NCBI RefSeq assembly: GCF_004010195.1 | Contig: NC_057718.1 | Location: 22,514,291-22,578,290 of the forward strand | Reading direction: 5' to 3' | Length of the DNA stretch: 64,000 bases | DNA from: Chiloscyllium plagiosum | Lineage: Eukaryota | In this document: one piece after another, positions 1 to 12,600 of the stretch | Position numbering within the stretch: the first letter of the stretch is position 1 | Layout: each line of letters begins with the position of its first letter | Program-made: the position numbers and the translations under genes | Notes under the pieces: model-generated | What the model saw: only the letters and a program-made list of their open reading frames with translations | Databases searched by the model: none | Told to the model about the DNA's origin: nothing

Positions 1-1420
1 GATGATTCAAATATCTCAGCAAGAGGCCCAGCAATCACTTCTCTAGCTTACCACAGAGTTTGAGGGTACACCTGATCAGGTCCTGGGGACTTATCCACCT
101 TTACCCGTTTCAAGACATCCAGTACTTCCTCCTCTATAATATGGACATTTTGCAAGATGTCACCATCTATTTCCCTACAGTCTATATCATCCATATCCTT
201 TTCCGTAGTAAATACTGATGCAAAATACTCACTTAGTACCTCCCCCATTTTCTGCGGCTCCACACATAGGCCACCATGCTGATCTTTGAGGGGCCCTATT
301 CTCTCCCTAGTTACCCTTTTGTCCTTAATGTATTTGTAAAAACTCTTTGGATTCTCCTTAATTCAATTTGCCAAAGCTATCTCATGTCCCCTTTTTGTCT
401 TCCTGATTTCCCTCTTAAGTATACTCCTAATTCCTTTATACTCTTCTAAGGATTCACTTGATCTATCCTGTCTGTACCTGACATATGCTTCCTTCTTTTT
501 CTTAACCAAACCCTCAATTTCTTTAGTCATCCAGAAATAATTTATTAAACGTGCCTGATTACACATTATCACGTCAAAATAGCTTGACTCCTTTTTAGAT
601 CCACAACAAATTGCTCCAGCAAGTAATTCCTGAAGATATTCTGAATTCTTCCCTGTGGTCACCTCTGCCAATTTGATTTTCCCAATCTACATGAAGATTA
701 AAGTCACCCATGATGAACATATTGCCTTTTTTACATGTCATCATCACCTCCTGATATAGCCTCATCCCTACAATATGACTACTGTTAGGGAGCATGTAGA
801 GTACTCCAACCAGAGTCTTTTTTGACCGTGTTATTTCTTATTTCCATCATATAGATTCTGCATTTTGCAATCCAAGATCTTTTACTTTTATTGTACTTAT
901 TCCATCTCATACTAACAGAGCTCCCCCACTACCATTTCTTTCCTGTCTATCCTTTCAAAAGGTCACATATTATTTTCAAGCTTTGATCTCCTTGTAACAA
1001 TATTTGCATAATGGCTATATGAATACACTGTTTCATTCCAGATAATTCACACATAGAGTCATAGAGGTCTAACTCGTCCATGCGAACTAGATACCCTAAA
1101 TTAATCTAGTCCCATTTGCCATCATTTGGCACATTTCCCTCCAAATCCTTCCTATTCATATACCCAACCAGGTGCTTTTTAAATGTTGTAATTATACCAG
1201 CCTCCACCTCTTCCTCTGGCAGTTCTTTCCATACACGTACCATCCTCTGTGTGAAACAATTGCCCTTATGTCCCTTATGTTGCCTTTCCAAAATGCTGCA
1301 CCTCACACTTACCTGGAAAAACTCCATCTGCCACTCCTCAGACCTTTGACCCATCTGATTAAGTTCCCATTGCACTCTTTGGTAAACTTCTTCACTGTTC
1401 TGTACACCACCAATTTTGGC
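1..1420 (-). mobile_element. Cluster of CR1/HER1-like LINE fragments (ORF2 pieces and 3' end)
   Basis: Minus-strand peptides ...YFASVFT...DKSPGPD, IMGDFNLHVDW (endonuclease-like) and FTQRMVRVWKELPEE...TFKKHL (CR1 ORF2 C-terminus); broken by stops and frameshifts; boundaries approximate. Confidence 0.85.
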
Positions 1421-1554
1421 CCCCTAACAATACTTGCACTGTAGGGATGAGAATTCACCTTTCACCTCACCTGAGGTGGCTTTCAGTATTGAAGTCACAA
1501 TTCTGTTACTGGAACGACATATGACTTGTTGGCTTGTGTGTGCTTGTATTCTAG

Positions 1555-1763
1555 CCGCAAGATCTGATCTGCTGAGCAATGCAGCGGAGAGGTTCCGCAT
1601 TTTCCGAGCTGAGAAAACTTATGCAGTCAAAACTGGGAAGTGGTACTTTGAATTTGAAGCAGTTACTGCTGAAGACATGCGCATTGGCTGGACCAGGCCA
1701 GGCTGCCGTCCGGATCAGGAGCTCGGAACAGATGACCAGTCCTTTGTTTTTGACGGTTTCAAG
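1555..1763 (+). CDS. RYR2: RYR2 coding exon (start of SPRY2; ~human exon 28)
   Basis: ttctag|CCGCAAGA...TTCAAG|gtttgt; 209 nt; encodes [70 protein letters not shown]. Confidence 0.96.
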
Positions 1764-1904
1764 GTTTGTATGTTGGAAGATAAAAAAGACCGTGCCCTTG
1801 AGTTCGTGTCAATGAAGAGAATAGAAATAGTCCATCGAAGAGCCCTGTGCATTTTGCCTATCTTTTCCTCCAGAAACAGGGACACAGATAAGGCTGAATA
1901 GCCA

Positions 1905-3012
1905 AGGGCTTGTTCCAGTTGTATAAGACTTTGGTTCGGCCACATTTGGAATACTGCGTACCGTTCTGGTCGCCACATTACCAAAAGGATGTGGATACCT
2001 TGGAGAGGTGTGCAGGTGAGGTTCACCAGGATGTTGCCTGAAGTGGAGGGCTTGAGCTATGAAGAGAGGTTGAGTAGATTATGATTACTTTCATGTGAAA
2101 GATGGACGTTGAGGGGGGACCTGATTGAGGTCTACAAAATCATGAGAGGTTCAGACAGGCTGGATAGCAAGAAGCTTTTTCCAAAGAGTGTGGGACTCAA
2201 TTACTAGGGGTTTCAACTTCAAAGTGAGAGGGGAAAAGTTTAGGGGAGATATGCGTGGAAAGTTCTTAAAGCAGAGGGTGCATGGAATGCATTGCTAGCA
2301 GATAGCATCATTTAAGATGTATCTAGACAGATACATAATTGGGCAGGGAGTACAGGGATACAGATCCTTAGTAAATAGGCGACAGATTTAGACTGAAGAT
2401 CTGAATCGGCACAGGTTTGGAGGGCTGAAGGGCCTGTTACTGTCCTGTAATTTTCTTTGTTCTTTGTGTGTCTTTACCTTAGGGGAGGGGAGTTCAAAAG
2501 TAGAGGGCATCATTTTAAGGTGAGAAGGGAAAGATTTAAAAGAGACCTGAGGGGCAATTTTTTCAAACAGAGGGTAGTGCATTTATGGTAGGAATTGCCC
2601 AAGGAAGTGGTAAATGCAGGTCCTGTTAGAAAATTGTGTCGTAGAATCATAGAGTCGCAGAGTCACATAGCTTGGAAACAGATCCTTTGATCCAACTCAT
2701 CCATGCTAACTAGATATCCCATTCTGACCTAGTCCCATTTGCCAGCATTTGGCCCATACTCCTCTAAAACCTTCTTATCCATGTATCCATCCAGATGTCT
2801 TTTAAATGTTGTAATTGCACCAACCTCCACTATGTCCTCTGGCAGCTCATTCCAAACATGCACCACCCTCTGGGTGAAGTTACTCCTCAGGTCCTTTTGA
2901 AATCTTTTCCCTCTCACCTTAAACATGTGCCCTCTAGTTTTAGACTTGCCCGTGCGAGGGAAAAGACCTTGTCTATTCATCCTATCCATGTCCCTCATGA
3001 CTTTATAAACCT
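1905..3012. mobile_element. CR1/HER1-like LINE 3' fragments (plus 1905-2630, minus 2645-3012)
   Basis: [25 protein letters not shown] frame at ~1920 (+); RGHMFKVRG...FTQRVVHVWNELP on minus; typical 3' tails. Confidence 0.85.
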
Positions 3013-3239
3013 CCGAGATAGACACAGCAGATGTCACCGCCTCCAGGCCTTTATCACCTGAAGAAGAGAATGAATTTCTTCTGAGATGCTCTGGATGCAA
3101 GAGGCGACCTACTGTGCGTTACATGCTGCTCATACCTGATGTAGAGTCTGAGAAATCCTGACCTAGTGTTAAAATGCCTCAGCAGGAGATATAAGAAAAA
3201 GAGTGGGCCTATGTCCTTGGTTTCAGAGGGGGAAGGATG

Positions 3240-3461
3240 TGGTGATTGTAATGAGATCTGCCAGGTGGACTTCATAGAATATGAGTTCCTTGATTGTGGC
3301 TGTTAATCTGGTCCAATCAGAGAGCCCAGATAAAAACAGGAATTCCAGACATTCTGACACCTTGGGAGTTGACTTTGTTGAGGCTGTAACCATAGCTGAG
3401 GACTTCCCACGTGTAAAGGGTGACCTGGTAATGTGATTCTGGACTCTGTGGAGTTATTTCA
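3240..3461 (+). mobile_element. Solo-LTR-like remnant; related copy on minus at ~62005-62190
   Basis: CCAAT and TATA-like core, ends in ...ggagttatttCA; the two copies share blocks (ccaatcag.gagcc, aagggtgac.tggt.a.g.gat.c.gg.ctctgt); family assignment is inference. Confidence 0.5.
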
Positions 3462-3949
3462 TAGTTTATACTTCAAACCTCACTCTGCAATAGTAGTCAT
3501 CCCACATCTTCAAACTTTGTGTTAGACTATATTTAAAAGCGGTAACATGCTGCACAGAATGCCACTGTGTTAGAATTAGAATTAGAATCCCTACAACGTG
3601 GAAACAGGCCCTTCAGCCCAATAAGTCCATACTGACCCTCTGAAGAGTATTCCCCATTACTTTACATTTATCCTGACTAATCCACCTCACCCTGAATGCT
3701 ATGGGCAGTTTAGCCCGGCCAATTCACCTAACCGGTACATCTGTGTTCCCACCCCAACATTTCTGTTCAGTTCTGACAATGATTTCCTGGACTTGAAACG
3801 TTATCTCTACTTTCCTCTCACAGATGCTGCTGGACCTGTTAGGTTTCTATGGCAATTTTGGTTTCTGTTACAGATCTCCAGTGTCCTTAGTTCTTGTGTT
3901 GGCATGCAGGTTCAGGAGTCCAGACCTTGAGTCCAAAATCTAGGTAATC

Positions 3950-4240
3950 ATATCATCATAGAGTCGTACAGCATGAAAACAGTCCCTTGCACCCAACTCA
4001 TCCATGCAGATCAGGTTTCCTAAACTGAACTAGTCCCACTTGTCTGTGTTTGGCCCATATCCCTCTAAATCTTTCCTATCAGTGTACCTCTCCAAATGTC
4101 TTTTAAATGTTATATTTGTACCCGTCTTCACTACTTGCTCTGGCAGCCTGCTTCATATGCGCACCATCCTCTGCATGAAAAAAGTTGCCCCTCAGGTCTC
4201 TTTTAAGTCTTTTGCCCCTTACCTTAAACCTGTGACCTCG
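3950..4240 (-). mobile_element. CR1/HER1-like LINE 3' end
   Basis: Minus peptide TRGHRFKVRGKRLKRDLRGNFF; same tail as 1056-1270, 2645-3012, 25495-25840. Confidence 0.85.
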
Positions 4241-5162
4241 AGTAAACCCAAGCCTCATCCCATTTCTGGTCCATTTCCATAGGGGTTCCATAGCTCATTA
4301 TGGACAGAAGGTCAGTTGAAGGAGGTGGGCTGGAATATTTGATTTGCCCTCCAGCTTTCCGCAGGTGGCAGGGGCCAGCTTGGAGATGGCATCTTGGCAG
4401 CAGACCCTGGGACTCCTGACTGATCTAAAGCCATTCCTGTGTGCTGCACTGTTGAGCAGTTCCTCCTTCAAAGTGGATGAAAAGGCCAGTTAAATGCAAA
4501 TTGAAAAAAAGGCAGGGAGACGACAACTTTGTTCTGAAGTCCCCCCCCCCCCCCCCTTTGTCCTGAAGCCCCCCCCCCCCCCCCCCGCCACCACCACCAC
4601 TCTCCATCTTTCTTACCTTCTTCATAGTCTGCTGCTTCCTTCATAGAGAGCTTCTGACCAGCTGTCTAACTTTGAGACCCTGGCCATCATCCTTAATTGG
4701 ATGGCCAGCCCTTCGCCAGGCCAAATAATTTCACTGCTGTGAGAGTTGAGGTGCTGTTGATTACTTCCTCTCGAGGAACACTTTGATGAGACGTTAACCA
4801 TCCCAACCATTTTCTCTGACAACTGGAAGGACAGTCCTAACCCAGTGTGGCATCATTGTCAAGTACAACATCTTTTAAGGAGAGGTGATATATGGACCAC
4901 TGACATCCCACTTCATTTCATTCAATGAGCAAGTATACTATTTAGCCCATCCTGAACGAATGCTGAACATTTGCTGGAAATAATGGAATTTAGTGTGAAA
5001 GGACAACCCTCCATGCCCTGTCTAGAATTTCTCTAAAGCATTTACCATATTTACCCATTGCGTGACTGGACAATGACAGGATGGGTAAAGATATTACTCT
5101 TTAACATTCAACATGGGGCAATTCCATTTAATTGTTCACATTGTCCATGATTTTTCCCTAAG

Positions 5163-5337
5163 GCACAACGGTGGCACCAGGGCAACGAGCACTTTGGCCG
5201 TTCATGGCAGGCCGGGGATGTTGTCGGCTGCCTGGTCGATATGAACGAGTACACCATGACGTTCACTCTGAATGGGGAGGTTCTGCTGGATGACTCAGGA
5301 TCTGAACTTGCGTTCAAAGATTTTGAAGTCGCAGATG
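5163..5337 (+). CDS. RYR2: RYR2 coding exon (SPRY2; ~exon 29)
   Basis: ttttccctaag|GCACAACGG...GCAGATG|gtaagc; 175 nt; [58 protein letters not shown](G); not shown on + in the ORF track. Confidence 0.96.
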
Positions 5338-5830
5338 GTAAGCAGAGACTAATGTGCGTCTGGAAAAGAGTTTTACAACTGGTACATGCTTCTTTAAAAA
5401 AAATACAAAATAAAGGTTAATCAAAGTTGCACAACTTTGAGAACCTTTAGCCTTATATCAATACTGGGTCAAATAATGGAATTAATCACTATTATCAGGT
5501 ATACTCTTGGCTTATCATAATCCAGGAGTATTCAATATGAATTTGACAAGGTTTTATCCAACCAGTTTATTTGATTTCTTTGACTGATTTACCTTTTAAA
5601 TGAAGGTCTTGCAAGAGGATGTACCCACAATGACTCTGATATTTACTGAGGTGCTTTGATGTGAAACTCAATTGCCCTGCATTCAGATTATAATCGTGTG
5701 GACTTTATCTCCAGGTGTCCTGCCCAACACCCAGCCCAGTTGAAAGATTAATGGCCCAGTGGGTGGGAAAACCAATAGCACAAGGGCATTGAGAAGCTGG
5801 AGGGGAAGAGCAAGAGCATTTGTAGTTAGG

Positions 5831-5963
5831 AGAAAGTGAGGACTACTGATGCTGGAGATCAGAGTCGACAGTGTGGTGCTGGAAAAGCGCAGCAGGTCAG
5901 GCAACATCTAAGGAGCAGGAGAATCGACGTTTAGGACATAAGCCCTTCATTAGGCTTATGTAG
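5831..5963 (-). mobile_element. Solo Penelope-like pseudo-LTR (family A), degenerate hammerhead motif
   Basis: Matches the terminus of the long elements at 43180-43270 and 56250-56375; 12-bp direct repeat tttgtagttagg at 5819-5830 and 5964-5975. Confidence 0.8.
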
Positions 5964-6084
5964 TTTGTAGTTAGGGTGGTTAAGAGTGTGATATGGTGAT
6001 TGGGGTCAGTGGAGGAGAGTGCATGCGTGAGAGGCAAATGTGAGATTGAAGGATGTACAGACAAATAGTGTGGAAGTTCACAAG

Positions 6085-6535
6085 CTTTCTTTTACTGTTG
6101 CCTATTCCTGGGATGTAGACATCGCTGGCTGGGCCAACATTTATTGCTCATTCCTAAATGCCTTGAGAAGGTGTTGGTGAGCTGCTTTCTTGAACCACTG
6201 GAGTCTATTTGATGTGGGTAGCCCCTCAATGCTTTTCAGGAGGGAGTTCTAGGATTTTAACCTTGCAACACTGATGAAGTGGCAATATCTTTCCAAGTGA
6301 GGTTAGTCAGTGACTTGGAGAGAAACTTGTAGGTGATGGTGTTCCCATCTGCCCTTGTCTTTCAAGGTGGTAGTGGTCTTAGGTTTGGAGGGTGCTGTGT
6401 CAGGATTCTTGGTGAATTTCTGCTGTCCATCTTATAGATGGTACTCCCAGCTGCTACTGAGCATCGGTGGGGTAGGGAATGAATATCAGGCAGACTGCTT
6501 TGTGGATGGTGTCAAGCTTCTTGAGCATTGAAGCT
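6085..6535 (-). mobile_element. CR1/L2-clade LINE 3' fragment (family with gggcaataaatgctggcc tail)
   Basis: Reverse complement matches 36660-37110; further pieces at ~11290-11660(-), 23280-24460(+), 33850-34190(+), 45340-45545(+), 55650-56240(+), 59190-59460(+). Confidence 0.75.
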
Positions 6536-8185
6536 GTAACATTGTACCCTGCAGTCTATTAGTCATAGAGGTTTACAGCGTGAAAACAGACCCTTCGGTC
6601 CAACTGCACTTATATAGTATTATCTGCCTGTGATGAATGTAAGACAACACTTTTCACTCTACCTCAATACACATAACAAATCACTGAGCTTGAGGAAACA
6701 TTCCTGGTCATTCTGACTCCCCAAGAAGTGCTGTTCAAGGCATGGATCTTATGGATAGAACACTTGTCAACTCCTGTGACCTGCTGGTTTTTCCCCTGAG
6801 GTCCAAACAATAGATTAGTAAAAGAACCAAAACAGCTGTGGGTTTTCTTAGATTTTTGAGTTGCATTTGTTAGAACTCTAGAAATGACAACTGGTATTTG
6901 AACTTAAAAGAAAGGGGCCATTGCAGAGAGAAGTGGTTGTTGGACAGAACGCGAGTGTAAGAATAAAGGAAAAGTTCTTAGATCGGTGATACATTTGAAA
7001 TTTAATGATTGGCCCTTTTAAACTTGGCTACAAAAAATGTACATTTTGGGCGTATCCATCTCACTTTAACATCAACAGCTTGTATCAATGAGTTAGCAAA
7101 CTATCTATTGACTGCTACATATTATTTGTAGCTGGGCATGGTTGACAGATAATTTACTGTTAGAACATTGATGTCCGTGCAAATCTTTGATTGATGCTTT
7201 ACCAGCCTTTAGCTGAAACTAAAGCTCAGATATTAACTCAGAGCAGGAGTCATGAAAACTTCTGGAAATAATTTTTTTCTTTAAGTCATGTATTCCAATT
7301 TAAGTTTCTATTACTGACTGCTTCTTGAATTCAGTGTGGATGTGGTTGGAGACTGGCTGATGAACCATCCCTCTCTTGGAAAGGTAAATCAAGGTAACCC
7401 TTTGTAGGGATCTCCTCTGCCTGTGACCAGAGGCACAAATAATCCCCAGGAGGGGTGAGTGGTGGGGTGGTGGGATTTGTCCTGGAAAAGTCCCTGACGG
7501 GGAGCGGCAAATTCTGGAGGGGATCGCCCCAGGGATCAGGAGTGTCAGAATCTGCGAGTGGCTGTTTACCCAATCAGAGGCTGCCTCTCTGCCAGACATG
7601 GGATACAAGCGAAAGGGGAGTTACAGCCATGGTCTAGTCTGCCAGGGCCTGGAGCCAGAGGTGGCAAGGACAAAACCAGGAAGGGGAGATTCTGTGCCGG
7701 GAGGCACAATCTGATAAAAACATAAAAGTAGGAGAAGGAGTAGGCCATTCAGCCCCTCGGGCTTGCTCTGCCATTCAGTGTGATCATGGCTGATTATCCA
7801 ACTTAGTACCCTGTTTCCGATTTCACTCCATAGCCCGTGATCCCTTTTAGCCCGAGGAACAAAATCTAACTCCAAAACACTTAATGATTTGGCCTCAACT
7901 GCTGTGGTGTAGAATTTCACAGGCTCACACCTCTTTGGGTCTGGGGCAGTGCGGGGGAGCTCAGTCTGATTTTCCTCCAGTCTCACATCCCTCTAGTCAC
8001 TGGTTGGGAATGAGAAATTGTGTGGCTGGTCATTGGAGACAGTGAGGACCCAGAGACATCACTGAATGCTGGCATTTCAACATTGCTGAAGCTTCATCCA
8101 TGCTTTGGAAAACCAGGCTGGCCCATTGGCAGTAGGGGAAGTGGTGCCAGGGATAGACTATAAGAATTTGGGTTTTCCAATGGCA

Positions 8186-9660
8186 GAAGAAAGTGAGGAC
8201 TGCAGATGCTGGAGATCAGAGCTGAAAATGTGTTGCTGGAAAAGCTCAGCAGGTCAGGCAGCATCCAAGGAGCAGGAGAATCGATGTTACGGGCATAAGC
8301 CCTTCTTCAGGAATGAGGAAAGTGTGTCCAGCAGGCTAAGATAAAAGGTAGGGGGGAGGGACTTGGGGGAGGGGCGTTGGAAATGCGATAGGTGNNNNNN
8401 NNNNNNNNNNNNNNNNNNNNNNNNNNNNNNNNNNNNNNNNNNNNNNNNNNNNNNNNNNNNNNNNNNNNNNNNNNNNNNNNNNNNNNNNNNNNNNNNNNNN
8501 NNNNNNNNNNNNNNNNNNNNNNNNNNNNNNNNNNNNNNNNNNNNNNNNNNNNNNNNNNNNNNNNNNNNNNNNNNNNNNNNNNNNNNNNNNNNNNNNNNNN
8601 NNNNNNNNNNNNNNNNNNNNNNNNNNNNNNNNNNNNNNNNNNNNNNNNNNNNNNNNNNNNNNNNNNNNNNNNNNNNNNNNNNNNNNNNNNNNNNNNNNNN
8701 NNNNNNNNNNNNNNNNNNNNNNNNNNNNNNNNNNNNNNNNNNNNNNNNNNNNNNNNNNNNNNNNNNNNNNNNNNNNNNNNNNNNNNNNNNNNNNNNNNNN
8801 NNNNNNNNNNNNNNNNNNNNNNNNNNNNNNNNNNNNNNNNNNNNNNNNNNNNNNNNNNNNNNNNNNNNNNNNNNNNNNNNNNNNNNNNNNNNNNNNNNNN
8901 NNNNNNNNNNNNNNNNNNNNNNNNNNNNNNNNNNNNNNNNNNNNNNNNNNNNNNNNNNNNNNNNNNNNNNNNNNNNNNNNNNNNNNNNNNNNNNNNNNNN
9001 NNNNNNNNNNNNNNNNNNNNNNNNNNNNNNNNNNNNNNNNNNNNNNNNNNNNNNNNNNNNNNNNNNNNNNNNNNNNNNNNNNNNNNNNNNNNNNNNNNNN
9101 NNNNNNNNNNNNNNNNNNNNNNNNNNNNNNNNNNNNNNNNNNNNNNNNNNNNNNNNNNNNNNNNNNNNNNNNNNNNNNNNNNNNNNNNNNNNNNNNNNNN
9201 NNNNNNNNNNNNNNNNNNNNNNNNNNNNNNNNTCTATATTATACTCAGGGACTGCTGTTCTCTATATTAAACACAGGAACTCCTGTTTTCTGTATTATAC
9301 ACAGGGACTGCTGTTCTCTATATTAGACATGGGAACTGCTGTTCTCTATATTATACACGGGGACTGCTGTTCTCTATATTAGTCATCGATGTAGCAGAGG
9401 AAAAGGTGGGGGGTGTTGCCAGTGTAGCTGCGGAAGATGGACTGTCCCACATATCCTACGAAGAGGCAGGCATAGCTGGGGCCCATGTGGGTGCCCATGG
9501 CTACTCCTTTGGTTTGGAGGAAGTGGGAGGATTGGAAAGAGAAGTTGTTCAGGGTGAGGACCAGTTCAGTCAGTCGAAGGAGGGTGTCAGTGGAAGGGTA
9601 CTGGTTAGTACGGCGGGAAAGGAAGAAGGGGAGGGCTTTGAGTCCTTTGTGATGGGGGAT
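8186..9660 (-). mobile_element. Penelope-like retroelement interrupted by an assembly gap
   Basis: pLTR family A at 8186-8394; RT motifs GVAMGTHMGPSYACLFVGY...LCYIDD on minus at 9381-9660; N gap 8395-9231. Confidence 0.85.
9232..9380 (+). repeat. 28-bp minisatellite, ~5 copies, abutting gap
   Basis: Unit ~atacacagggactgctgttctctatatt repeated in tandem. Confidence 0.85.
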
Positions 9661-12600
9661 ACAATGGCATACAACTTGGCACTCTTCATGCTCCTGCTGT
9701 TGCTCCTGTACCGGCAGGTTTAAAATCAACCATTTTATTACTCAGTGAGGTCTCAATGGAGTTTTTCTAAAGCATAGTTATTTCTTCATCAATCAGAAAA
9801 TGTATCCAGTGAAAAATATTTGAGTTGAGAACATTTTGCAGTCTGAGTGTAGTGTTGAGAATGCTACTCGTAGCATCCATTGTTTTACATTCACAATGTG
9901 TCCTTCATTTGCCAACACAGCGGATGGCCTGTAGAGGATGAGAGACAGTGTAGGCATGAAATCTGCTGCATCCGACAAAATGAGATGTAATAACAGGCTC
10001 CAAGAAATTAACTTGTATGAGATTTGGTTTTTAAATGCACCCGACAGTTCTCAAAGTCTAACAAGATTAATAATGCATTAGCCAATGTTGTAATCACACA
10101 GTGCAGAATGAATTCACACATTACATCATGTTCAGTTCAGACAGAGATTGCTGAACATTTTGATGGATGAATTTTCCTTTCTGGCCAAGCACAGAGCTGC
10201 TGTTTTCAAAAGAAACTTCGTAATGAATGTCGGTTTTCTCACAGACTCAACAGGAGGAATTCAATCCTATTTAAATCCAGTTAGGTTTTCAACACCTGAG
10301 AGCAGAGTACAATTGCACTGTGTCTTCTTAATTATTCAGTTTGCCAGACTGTTGAATGACTTTGTTTTTATTTAATCTGAAACCTGTCTTCTTGGCATTC
10401 TCTGGTACATTTGGTGGTTTAGGTTTTTATTAAATAAATGTATTTTGGCTGTTCAGTTCTCTAGTCCAAAGATTTGAAACCTTGACTTGACATCATAAAA
10501 GGGATTGAGAAAACAAAATCAGCACCACACCTTAGAGCCATTTGAAATCTTGTCTGCTTATTTGGAAGGAAATAAAATGAAATTGCTATCACAAAGAAAA
10601 GACTACACAGGCAGTTTTTCACAGGCTACCTCTTTCCAGTTTGGATAAAGCAGTCAGGATTTCACGAGGCAGCAGTGCACCTGTTCAGAAAGTTGGAGCA
10701 ACTCTACCTCGACCTGTCCTCACCTTCTTATGATGCTTCTCAGAAGATTAACTGCTATAAGTTGGGGTTTCCACCCTTTGAAGGGATGAGATCTGGCCCC
10801 AAGAGTTGCCCATCAGAGGGCTGGCAACTCATCACCCTCAACAGTGCCTCCAGGGGTGGTGGCCACTGATGGGACTGCAGCAGGCCAGGACCAAGTGTGA
10901 AGAATGAGGCTGAGAATTAAGGCATTTCAGGTCGGGCTTACCAGTGTCAGTCAGGCAGGCCATGTGGGTGAGTCAGTTGTGAGAGCATCAGGAACAACCC
11001 TTTCATGGCCCATGGCTCTTCATACCTTTTTCTTATTCACTTGTGGGACATGGTGTTTGTGGCTTGGCCTAGAGCTCCCACTTCCTGGCAGTGAGTTTGC
11101 CAGGATACAACTGGTGGGTCACTCCAGGTGAAAAAGTGTTGAATAGTCACTGGTTAAAAAAACGGAGCAACTGGGAGTTGACCTAAGGATGGGAGGGCCA
11201 TCAACCACCTTCCCTGTCGCTGGTGAAATGCTAACCCTCAATATCCAACATGATTTCATATCCTCCCCACACCTAGCACTTCCCACTTTGTTTATGCAGT
11301 GAGTCCAGTTGGGTTTTTAGGTCATGATAATCTCAAGTTAGTGGGGAAATTCAGTGATGGTCAAGCAGTGGTGGTTAGATTGTGTCTTATTGGAGAAGTC
11401 ATTGCCTGGCATTTCTGTGGTGCGAATGTTACTTGCTATTTGTCAGCCCAAGCTTGGATATAGTCCAGATTTGTTGCATTTGATCATGCACTGCTTCAGT
11501 TTGTGATGCGTTGTGAATGGTGCTGAATATTGTGCAATCATCGGCAAACATCCCCACTTCTGACCTTATGATGGAGGGAAGGTCATTGATGAATCAGCTG
11601 AAAATGGTTGGGTCTGGAACACTACCCTGAGGAACTCCTGCAGAGATGTTCTTGAACCTTTAAAAGCTTTCCTTTAAAATCCTTTAATATCTATTCGTAA
11701 ACCCATTGAGCTGACTCATACATTAGCTTTAATGTTATACACTGATTTTTACTTTCTTTGATCTTTTAATTAAGGTTATTTATAGACTCTCAAAATAATT
11801 CAACTTTGCGACAGAAATAATTAACCCCGGCCTTACTTGCTAAATTTTCCAGTTTCCAGTTCCAGTGTCAGAAATGTTAAGCTGTCTCTTCTCTTGTTTC
11901 ACGCACTTATTGATCTGCTCTGTGTTTCCAATAGGATCACTTTTAGATTTTCAGCATTTTACATAGCATTAGAACTGCATTGATGGCTGGAGTGCTCTCA
12001 AAGTGAGCATAGGGTGTGTGTGTGAGTATGTGTGTGTGCAGGAGAGGCGGTGAGGCACTGGAGTGATAGGGATAGAAGGTGGTGGTTGAGAAAGGGGAAT
12101 GTTGATGGGCAGTGCCTCTCCTCTTGCTGATGCTTCACCAGCAATGGTTGCCAGGATCCTCCACAAAATATATAGCCAGTACACACTCACATCTTATTGT
12201 CCAATCAGTGCCATTAAGAAAACAGAAAGAAAAATACTTTGTTGTGAAACATAGATGATTACATTGGAGCACTATAATCGAAGGCTGGTTTCCTATGAAA
12301 TGCCACATTAATAATTTATCTCCTGCTGAGTAATTCTGCATAAATAAATGTACTGAACAGAATAGGGTAAGTGATAAATTGCAGCAATAGACCATTCAGC
12401 CTATTTGGAAAGCTGAAGCACATACATTTGCAGCACCAAAGCAAATATTGTCCTTTTGAGATATTTTCTAATGGTCACAAACTCTGATTATTTCTTGTGT
12501 ATTTCTGGTGTCAAATTCCTGCCAAACCAGCAGAGTTCCCACAGTGGCATTGTTGTAGAAACAAGACTTGTCCAAATTCCAAGTTCTGTTGTGGCTTGTC

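Noticed and set aside
1434..1901. ORF-track extensions around RYR2 exons as standalone proteins
   Set aside because: Similarity to RyR stops exactly at AG/GT splice sites; the flanks are intronic read-through
9232..9380. 28-bp repeats as a CRISPR array
   Set aside because: Units are contiguous with no unique spacers, there are no cas genes, and the context is a vertebrate intron
8363..9382. 339-aa and 292-aa ORFs in the track
   Set aside because: Artefacts of translating through the N gap (8395-9231)
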